From positions 3,857 to 67,856 of the forward strand of contig DATIHX010000009.1 in assembly GCA_035480235.1 (NCBI GenBank): DNA of 64,000 nucleotides. The letters are read 5' to 3'. The stretch is from Candidatus Saccharimonadales bacterium. Its GTDB lineage: Bacteria > Patescibacteriota > UBA1384 > 2-12-FULL-50-11. A model generated the notes under the pieces. It ran no database searches, had not been told where the DNA came from, and saw only the letters and a list, made by a program, of their open reading frames with translations. This document shows, piece after piece, positions 20,557-26,938 of the stretch; position 1 is the stretch's first letter; every line of letters starts with the position of its first letter. The position numbers and the translations under genes are program-made.

Positions 20557-21411
20557 TTACTGAAAGCTCAAAACCGTCGCCAGAACGACACAAACCAGAA
20601 CGACAACCGAGGCGATAATCATCCGCGGCCGAAGACGCTCATGCAAAATCTCCCAGGAAGCGAGGAAGACAATCACTGGCCCGAGAATAGTAATCAGCGT
20701 CGTATAGATGATGCCGACCTGCGCAAATGCGTAATACTTGGCGACCATCGAGACCACCGCCAAAACCGACCCGCCGATAATAATCCACCAGGGTTGTTGC
20801 CGGAGTTGGCCGGCTTTCGGGCGGTAATAAAGGAAGAAAAATATCGTAATGGCGAGCGTTCGGACGGCGTAAAGGGCCACCGGGGTGTATGAAACCAAGA
20901 GCTCGCGAATAATGATGGTCTCGGTGGCCATTAAAATTACGGCCAAAAAGGTGTTGTACGACGTTTTGCCGGTGAAAAAATGCTCTTTGGTGCTCTTAGA
21001 AAAAATTAGCGCCACGGCGGCGATCAGGGCCAGCACAAAGACCCGACGATCGAATGGTTCGGCAAAACGGAGCGGAAAAATCGCCGCCAAAATGATCGTC
21101 ACCAGCGGCACGAACATCATAATTAACTCGGTGTGATGGACTTTCTCGTGCTGGATGGCTTGGGCGTAGAGGACGTTCCAGGCCACCGCGATAATAATCA
21201 TCAAGAAAAACAGGAACAGTTCACTAGACAGGCCGGCCACTTGCCAGTTAACGTGACCCAACGTCGGCAGCAAAATTGCCGTTAAAACAAACACGCCCAA
21301 AAAGCCGGTAGATAGAAACATCCCCAACGGCATCCGCCGTTTACTTAGCAGTAATTTATCTAAAACCACCCCGGCCGCACCGGTCAGTGACGAAAGTATC
21401 GCTGCGAACAT
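20557..21411 (-). CDS. EamA/DMT-family transporter
   Basis: 284 aa, about 10 TM helices in a two-EamA-repeat architecture. Confidence 0.75.
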   Translation of the reverse strand: MFAAILSSLTGAAGVVLDKLLLSKRRMPLGMFLSTGFLGVFVLTAILLPTLGHVNWQVAGLSSELFLFFLMIIIAVAWNVLYAQAIQHEKVHHTELIMMFVPLVTIILAAIFPLRFAEPFDRRVFVLALIAAVALIFSKSTKEHFFTGKTSYNTFLAVILMATETIIIRELLVSYTPVALYAVRTLAITIFFFLYYRPKAGQLRQQPWWIIIGGSVLAVVSMVAKYYAFAQVGIIYTTLITILGPVIVFLASWEILHERLRPRMIIASVVVLVCVVLATVLSFQ

Positions 21412-21492
21412 ACTTTAATTTCAACACTTTGCCGCTAGCTACGCAATGCGTTGAATCCGACCGAAGGGAGATGGTAGAGCAAGATTGGGCAA

Positions 21493-22875
21493 TTAGAAAT
21501 TCAGCCGGGGGAACAGCGGTTTGGGATCGAGCTCGGCCAGCTGGCGGCGGATTTCTTGGCTCGTTGACGGGGTAAACGGTTCCAACAGGTCAGCCAGAGC
21601 GGCGACTTTTTCAGCGACGACCACTAACTCTTTTTGTTTCTCTTCGTCTTCGGTAATATTCTCCCAGAGCTTCAAGGCACTAATCGCTTGGTCGGCCGCG
21701 TTAACTTCGTCGTTAATGGCTTTGAGGGCGCCGGCAAAATCGGCGACTGCCAAATCTTGGCTGGCGACTTTCAGCTCGGCTTTGACCGGCCGGTTAATCT
21801 TTTTCAATAACCCCACCACCCGAGCCACCAAGTTGCCGATACCGTTAGCCAGTTCGCCGTTGTAGAGCGCGTCAAATTCTTCCCAAGAAAAATGAGAATC
21901 GTCGTAAAAATTCAGTTGGCGCAGCAGCAAATAACGGGTGCCGTCCACGCCGTAACGCGCCTTCAATTCCGAAGGCAATATAACGTTGCCGGTGGATTTT
22001 GAGAGTTTTTGGCCGCCAAAATTAATCCAGCCGTGGACAATTAACCGATGGGGCAACTCGTAGCCCAACGCCAACAACATCGCCGGCCAAATAATGGCGT
22101 GAAACTTGAGGATATCTTTGCCAATAAGTTGAATCCCCGGCCACGAGTCTTCGATTTTCTGGCCAGCGGCTTCGATGCCGGAAAGATAGTCCAGCAGAGC
22201 GTCAATCCAGACGTAAATCACTTGACTTGCGTCGCCCGGCACCGGAATCCCCCACTGCAATTTTTCCACCGGCCGCGAGGCGCTAACTTCGTTTAATTCT
22301 TCTAGTACGTTCAGCACTTCGCTCACCCGGTTCCCCGGCTTAATCGCTTCTTTCGCCCAAGCCCGGATTCGGTCTTTGACTGGTTCGGTAATTAGTAAGA
22401 AATAGTTCTCCTCGCTAATTTTCTCGACCGGCGTTTGGTGAATGGCACACTCGCCCTCAACAATTTCTTTTTCAGTTTTGAAGGCCTCACACCCGGCGCA
22501 GTAAAACCCCTCATAACTTTTTTTGACAATAACACCCTGCTGCGCCAATTTCTCCCAGGCCCTGGTGACAAATTCGATATGGGCTTGGTCGGTGGTTCGA
22601 ATAAAGTAATCGGAACTAATAGCAAATTCTTGGCCTAGCGCTTGGAACTTAGCCGAGAGTTGGTCGGCAAATTGTTGCGGCTCCTGCCCAGCCGCTTTGG
22701 CCGCCTGTTCAACTTTCGTGCCGTGCTCGTCGGTGCCGGTTAAGAAAAAGACGTCGTGGCCGGTTTGCCGCTGGAAGCGGGCCAAAACGTCAGCCGCTAC
22801 CAATTCAAACAAAAAACCGATGTGCGGCTCGGCGTTAATGTAGGCGATACTGGTGGAAATATATTTCTTGGTCAC
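21493..22875 (-). CDS. metG: methionyl-tRNA synthetase
   Basis: TKKYISTSIAYINAEPHIGF (HIGH region) and KLSKS (KMSKS). Start trimmed from 22977 to the GTG at 22875, where homology begins. Confidence 0.9.
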   Translation of the reverse strand: MTKKYISTSIAYINAEPHIGFLFELVAADVLARFQRQTGHDVFFLTGTDEHGTKVEQAAKAAGQEPQQFADQLSAKFQALGQEFAISSDYFIRTTDQAHIEFVTRAWEKLAQQGVIVKKSYEGFYCAGCEAFKTEKEIVEGECAIHQTPVEKISEENYFLLITEPVKDRIRAWAKEAIKPGNRVSEVLNVLEELNEVSASRPVEKLQWGIPVPGDASQVIYVWIDALLDYLSGIEAAGQKIEDSWPGIQLIGKDILKFHAIIWPAMLLALGYELPHRLIVHGWINFGGQKLSKSTGNVILPSELKARYGVDGTRYLLLRQLNFYDDSHFSWEEFDALYNGELANGIGNLVARVVGLLKKINRPVKAELKVASQDLAVADFAGALKAINDEVNAADQAISALKLWENITEDEEKQKELVVVAEKVAALADLLEPFTPSTSQEIRRQLAELDPKPLFPRLNF

Positions 22876-22924
22876 CTCGTCAGTATACTTCAGGTATTGA
22901 CAAGGGGGAAGAATTATGGCAACA

Positions 22925-23098
22925 TGACGTCGAGCAACTTTGTTGGTGATGGCACCCGACGAACGACAATAACGCACGTTGAACGGAAGGAAGGTGCTCC
23001 TAGGCAGCGTGGATCATACCCGACGCTTCCGTCCGGAAAGCTCGTTGATTTTTTCAGGAGCTAACCACCCGGCGCATTTATGCGCCGGCTTTTAGTTT
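22925..23098 (+). ncRNA. candidate small RNA (plus strand), unknown family
   Basis: TTGACA at 22896-22901 with an extended -10-like TGGCAACAT. A strong terminator at 23069-23098 has no plus-strand CDS to serve. Confidence 0.3.
23069..23098 (+). terminator. intrinsic terminator
   Basis: CCGGCGCA ttta TGCGCCGG CTTTTAGTTT. Confidence 0.75.
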
Positions 23099-23100
23099 CG

Positions 23101-23327
23101 GGTAAAGAAAGAGGGCTGGAGGATTACGTATTTCCCCCAGCCACTGGATGCGGCGACGCGGCCGCATGATGTTTAGACGATTGCGCTCCAGCGCGACGAG
23201 TTTGCAACGCCCGTTCAGATCGGACGACAACGAGGTGCGGTTCCTAGCTCTGGTGAATTATGGCGCTCACCCGAGGTTTGGATTGAAAGCCCATTGCCAG
23301 CGGCAACGCGCCCCCTAGCGGCCAAAC
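23101..23327 (-). ncRNA. candidate small RNA (minus strand), unknown family
   Basis: Minus-strand promoter-like TTGCAT-16 nt-TAAAGT (about 23335-23365). Ends at the hairpin GGCTGGGGG aaatacgtaat CCTCCAGCC CTCTTTCTTT. Internal hairpins include ATGCGGC...GCCGCAT. Confidence 0.3.
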
Positions 23328-23380
23328 GTGGCCTTAATTAAACTTTAGTATTTATTTTTTTCGATGCAAGCGGGTTCCTT

Positions 23381-23414
23381 AAAAAAGTGGCGTGGCCGGA
23401 GGAGCTCCGGCCAC
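23381..23414 (-). terminator. intrinsic terminator about 160 nt downstream of rsmI
   Basis: Minus strand: GTGGCCGGAG ctc CTCCGGCCAC gcca CTTTTTT. Confidence 0.65.
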
Positions 23415-23576
23415 TATGGTTCGTCCATGGTTTGACGTCCTTCTTACTTCCCCGTCTCAAAGCAAGGTGCGCACCGAGCCTTGAAGTCCGCTTCCGTAAG
23501 TTAGCCAACCGCCGTTTCGTCGTCGAGCCGGTAGTGGTTGCTAGCTATATTGTAGGAAGCTTCCAAGCGGCTGTCA

Positions 23577-24263
23577 TTAGGATTTTTGCCAATTTTTCGG
23601 CGCGAGCACCACCACAAATTCGCCCTTGGGTGTCGAAAAGTCGGCTTTGAGTTGGGGTGGAAAACCGGCGACGATCTGTTCAAATTTTTTAGTTAACTCG
23701 CGGCCAACCACCAAGTAACGCTGCTCGCCACCGAACTCGGTTAGTTGATCGAAAAACTTCTGGATTCGCGGGGCGGTTTCAAAAACGACGACCGTTTCTT
23801 CGAAGGCCAGGACTTTTTTAATGAAAGTTTGACGGCCCTTTTTGGTGGGGACGTAGCCAGCAAACCAATACGAGTTAGCCGGCAAACCCGCCACCGAGAG
23901 TAAAGCTGTGATTGCTGATGGGCCAGGAATGGGCACGATCGTCGCTTGAGAGTCCTTGCGAATGTATTCAACCAGCTTCCCGACCGGATCGGCGATGCCC
24001 GGCGTACCGGCATCGGTGACATAGGCAATACTATCCCCTTTTTCCAGCCGCTGCTGTATATCAAAAACGATATGCGGCTGACTGTGGTGATGATAGGAAT
24101 GCAGTGGTTTTTTGATACCGAAATGCGCCAAAAGTAAGCCGGTGTGGCGGGTGTCTTCGGCGTAAATAACATCAACGCTTTTCAGCGTCTCTAAAGCCCG
24201 CAAGGTAATATCTTCTAAATTACCGATCGGCGTCGCCACGATATAGAGCGTTCCTGGTTGCAT
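23577..24263 (-). CDS. rsmI: 16S rRNA (cytidine1402-2'-O)-methyltransferase
   Basis: MQPGTLYIVATPIGNLEDITLRALETLKSVDVIYAEDTR...GTPGIADPG-like motifs. Start trimmed to 24263. Confidence 0.9.
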   Translation of the reverse strand: MQPGTLYIVATPIGNLEDITLRALETLKSVDVIYAEDTRHTGLLLAHFGIKKPLHSYHHHSQPHIVFDIQQRLEKGDSIAYVTDAGTPGIADPVGKLVEYIRKDSQATIVPIPGPSAITALLSVAGLPANSYWFAGYVPTKKGRQTFIKKVLAFEETVVVFETAPRIQKFFDQLTEFGGEQRYLVVGRELTKKFEQIVAGFPPQLKADFSTPKGEFVVVLAPKNWQKS

Positions 24264-24280
24264 TACGGCTATTTTACTCG

Positions 24281-24304
24281 AAAAAAGCCGGGATGACACC
24301 CGGC
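24281..24304 (-). terminator. intrinsic terminator just upstream of rsmI
   Basis: Minus strand: GCCGGG tgtcat CCCGGC TTTTTT. Confidence 0.6.
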
Positions 24305-24473
24305 AGAAGTCAATCAAACCAAGACTTTGGATAACCTGCGTTCGGGAAGAGTTTTCCAAGTCCAATAGCAATACATCCGCTCACGTAATATAGCTAGCAG
24401 AAAGAATCACCCCAACGCAGTAACTTTCGACCGAAAAAAACATCTGCACTTCCTTGCGAAAACTAGGCTAAGT

Positions 24474-25289
24474 TTATGATTTCTGAATGTTTTTTCCCAC
24501 TTCTTGCGAGAGCTGCTGCCACTGCCGAAATGATAAATCGGCCGGCCGAGCGAGTGGGTTAAGTTTGAGTTCGGTAAATATAGCTTGAATCTCGGTTCGG
24601 CTCACCGGCAGGTCTTTCAGGCCGTTCATTAGGGTTTGGCGAGCGTGGCGGAAGCCAGCTTCGACAACTGGCCAGAAAACCGATTCCAGTTTTGATTCTT
24701 TGAAGGGCGTCACCTCGATCACCGCCGACTCCACTTTGGGCATCGGCCGGAAACTGCCCGGCGCCACTTTACGAATAATTTTAATATCGGCATTGGCTTC
24801 GCTTAAAACGGTCATAAAACCGCGATCGCGGTCGCCGGGTTTAGCGGTCAGCCGCTCGGCCAGCTCCTTTTGAACCAACAAAATAACTGTTTTTGGTTTT
24901 TTGGCCAAGTGGTAAATTTTTTGTAACAGCGGCGAGGTGATTGAGTACGGGATATTGGCGACGATTTTATAGCCGGCTGAGATTTCCAGCGTCCAATCCA
25001 CCCGTAACGCGTCGCCGGTCACCACCGTTAATTTAGGAATATGTTTTTCACGTAAATAGTCAGCTAATTCGCGATCGGCTTCAACAGCAATCACGCGCTT
25101 AACTTTTTCCAGGAGTGCAAATGTGAGTACACCCAACCCTGGCCCGATCTCCACGACCGTCTCCTCGCTTTCCAGCTTGGCCGCCGCCACGATGTCTGTC
25201 AAGGCTTTTTCGTCCACCAAAAAGTTCTGCCCAAATTTTTTATCGGGAAATTTCTGCAGGTCTTTGAGGATTTCGACGGGCTTCATCAT
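24474..25289 (-). CDS. rsmA: 16S rRNA (adenine1518/1519-N6)-dimethyltransferase
   Basis: FGQNFLVD...VVEIGPGLGVLT...ANIPYSITSP. The start could be the second ATG at 25286. Confidence 0.9.
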   Translation of the reverse strand: MMKPVEILKDLQKFPDKKFGQNFLVDEKALTDIVAAAKLESEETVVEIGPGLGVLTFALLEKVKRVIAVEADRELADYLREKHIPKLTVVTGDALRVDWTLEISAGYKIVANIPYSITSPLLQKIYHLAKKPKTVILLVQKELAERLTAKPGDRDRGFMTVLSEANADIKIIRKVAPGSFRPMPKVESAVIEVTPFKESKLESVFWPVVEAGFRHARQTLMNGLKDLPVSRTEIQAIFTELKLNPLARPADLSFRQWQQLSQEVGKNIQKS

Positions 25290-25330
25290 TACATTTTACT
25301 CTAATATCAGCTTCAGAGCTGCCGTTCTTA

Positions 25331-25579
25331 GTTAGGGTGAGGGGGCTTAGTTGCGAGGCAGCCCCCTACACCCTAACAACCCCGGCGGCTCGCTCGCCGC
25401 TTGGCAAAAGTTAGGGAAAAATTATAACTTTTGCAGCGGCTTCCGTTCGAAAGCTCCAAGCATTCGCTTTCTCACCCCCGCACGCTTCCTTTGCAGGGCA
25501 GTGGTGCAAGCTGATGGCTGTCAACCGGCAACTGGCACTGTTTCCTCCATCAGCTTGAGGAACTATTGGTAGGGCGGCA
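25331..25579 (+). ncRNA. structured-RNA-like element, copy 1 (unknown family; strand tentative)
   Basis: Nested helices GTTAGGGTG/CACCCTAAC and GGGGGCT/AGCCCCC, plus helix AAGCTGATGG/CCATCAGCTT. Paralogous to 34762-34918 with compensatory changes. Confidence 0.45.
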
Positions 25580-25583
25580 GGGC

Positions 25584-26573
25584 TTACGCCCAGGGCCAGC
25601 GTGAGCTGTAGCCCTTATGTATTGCGCAGGCTGTTACTTTAATCTGGGTCGGGCCGTCGTTCCAGGCGGCGCCAGGGAAGCCGCACATCGCCGAGGCCTG
25701 AGCCCAAAAGCTCGTCGTATATTGGAATAAGCCGTAATAAGTGCCGCCACCGCCAACCGAACCAGCGTGGCCGTTACTTTCAATAATTAAGCCTTTACAG
25801 AGTAAATTAGGGTCGACGTTGTTGGCGATCGCCGCCGATAAAACGGTGTTGTCGTACCCAGCGCAGGGCACGGTAATGACCGGTTTGGTACCGATTAAGT
25901 CGACTTCACTAATCGGCGCGGTGGTAACGCTCTGGCTCTGTAAAACGTGCGAAACCGTCACGCCATCTTTGCGGGTATCGCGGTAAACGCTGGTCAACAC
26001 GCCGTTTTTGCCCGGCGTTTTAACTTTAGTCAGGCCCTTGTTAAGCGTCGGGTCGTCTTGTTTAACGACGTTAAAGGCAACGGGGCTGGTTTGGGTCACC
26101 GACGTCACTGCCACCCGAACAATGGTAATTGTTTGTTTTGGGTGAAGCGTGGAAGCCAGAGCCGGCGAAATTTCGTCTTGGTCGCCGAGCGTAATATTTT
26201 GCTCTTTTAATAAACCGTCAACCGTCGCCGCCCAAGTGAAAGCGGCGTAGGGTTTAGTGCCGTCAACAATCGTCAGCGGCAGCGCTTGGGTATCAAATAT
26301 CACTCCGCCTAGGCCATCTTGGATATTGGCCGGAAAAACCTGGATCTGGTCTTGCGGGTGATAAGCAATGCCGGCTTGGGCAAAAGCGGCCACAACGGTG
26401 GTCGCACGACTGTCAAAGTGGAAGCTAACCACGGGATGGTAAGGGTTAACGCTCGTATTAGTACCGGCAAAGATTGGAGCGATCTTCTGGCCACCGGTAA
26501 GCAAAAAAACCAGGCCGGTGGCAAGTAAAATGGCCCCTCCGATAATCTTGTAGGCCAGACGAACGCGAAACAT
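25584..26573 (-). CDS. cell-wall lytic protein: N-terminal TM, G5-like region and transglycosylase-like C-terminal domain
   Basis: The C-terminus IIESNGHAGSVGGGGTYYGLFQYTTSFWAQ...QIKVTACAI resembles the ES..G...YGLfQ...W transglycosylase-like signature. The middle part is G5/DUF348-like. Confidence 0.7.
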   Translation of the reverse strand: MFRVRLAYKIIGGAILLATGLVFLLTGGQKIAPIFAGTNTSVNPYHPVVSFHFDSRATTVVAAFAQAGIAYHPQDQIQVFPANIQDGLGGVIFDTQALPLTIVDGTKPYAAFTWAATVDGLLKEQNITLGDQDEISPALASTLHPKQTITIVRVAVTSVTQTSPVAFNVVKQDDPTLNKGLTKVKTPGKNGVLTSVYRDTRKDGVTVSHVLQSQSVTTAPISEVDLIGTKPVITVPCAGYDNTVLSAAIANNVDPNLLCKGLIIESNGHAGSVGGGGTYYGLFQYTTSFWAQASAMCGFPGAAWNDGPTQIKVTACAIHKGYSSRWPWA

Positions 26574-26602
26574 GTCGTGTTACCCACACTAACCCAACCA
26601 CG

Positions 26603-26631
26603 TTGACTGTCAAGGCGATTTAAGCGATAAT
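26603..26631 (+). promoter_or_regulatory. sigma70-like promoter
   Basis: TTGACT, 17-nt spacer, GATAAT. Confidence 0.55.
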
Positions 26632-26663
26632 TATTTTGTCCGAAACACCGTTTGGAGGGATTT

Positions 26664-26885
26664 GTGAGGAAACGCGCGCACCTTGTTATTATGTTGAGTC
26701 TCGCGGCGGCGATTGAAGGAAGGAGCCACTGGGATCGAGCGGTGGTTGGGCCTAATCACCCAGGCCAGTTTCGCCTGCCAGCTCACTGGAACGGTCGTCC
26801 CGATTACCACCGGCTCAAGAATCAATCGTGCCACCGAGTTCGGCCAACGCTTGAACGCATCCATCGAGGTTTTCGCAGCTGCTAA
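26664..26885 (+). CDS. small basic His/Arg/Trp-rich protein with a signal-like N-terminus
   Basis: GGAGGGA RBS, then GTG at 26664. Translation is VRKRAHLVIMLSLAAAIEG.... It has its own promoter upstream and terminator downstream. Confidence 0.45.
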   Translation: MRKRAHLVIMLSLAAAIEGRSHWDRAVVGPNHPGQFRLPAHWNGRPDYHRLKNQSCHRVRPTLERIHRGFRSC

Positions 26886-26913
26886 AGCGCCCTTGCCTTG
26901 GCCTTTACCGTCT

Positions 26914-26938
26914 CCGCTCAATCGAGCGGGGATTTTTT
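26914..26938 (+). terminator. intrinsic terminator
   Basis: CCGCTC aatc GAGCGG gga TTTTTT. Confidence 0.65.

Noticed and set aside
22876-22977. N-terminal extensions in track ORFs: metG from 22977, htpX from 14092, mnmA from 18732, dnaX from 36949, pcrA from 29993, rsmI from 24371, pilN from 44466, pilC from 39559.
   Set aside because: Family homology begins at internal start codons that have RBS or -10 signals or start/stop coupling. The extended versions would overlap neighbouring genes or terminators.
22985-23040. SRP-RNA-like string GGAA GGAAGGUGCUCCUAGGCAG (compare E. coli 4.5S GGAAGGAAGCAGCCAAGGCAG) and a second GUCC GGAA nearby.
   Set aside because: The conserved AGCA of the symmetric loop is absent. 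The 5' partner strand (GUCAGGUCC) is not upstream of the first GGAA, and the 3' partner is not downstream of the second. No long closing hairpin could be drawn.
23040-23075. T-box-like GGGUGGU on the minus strand upstream of metG.
   Set aside because: Only 7-8 nt of the 14-nt T-box consensus match. There is no specifier/AGAGA architecture and no downstream terminator/antiterminator pair before metG.
23165-23215. tmRNA-like tag frame on the minus strand: GCA AAC UCG UCG CGC UGG AGC GCA AUC GUC UAA (ANSSRWSAIV*).
   Set aside because: No tRNA-like acceptor/T-arm (UUCGA loop, CCA-proximal stem) and no GGGG...UUCGAC 5' end were found. The candidate transcript is also far too short after the tag.
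23478-23576. RNase P P4-like pairing: GAAGUCCGC (about 23481) with GCGGCUGU (about 23566), including a possible bulged U.
   Set aside because: The two strands are only about 80 nt apart. No ACAGAA, GGGUGAAA or other universal RNase P blocks are present, and the RNA would run antisense into the rsmI coding end.
24381-24443. 20-codon hydrophobic mini-ORF (MFFSVESYCVGVILSASYIT) with an AAGGAAG upstream, in the rsmA-rsmI spacer that ends at a terminator.
   Set aside because: It is too short to support from sequence alone and no conservation information is available. It is noted only as something to examine if ribosome profiling becomes available.
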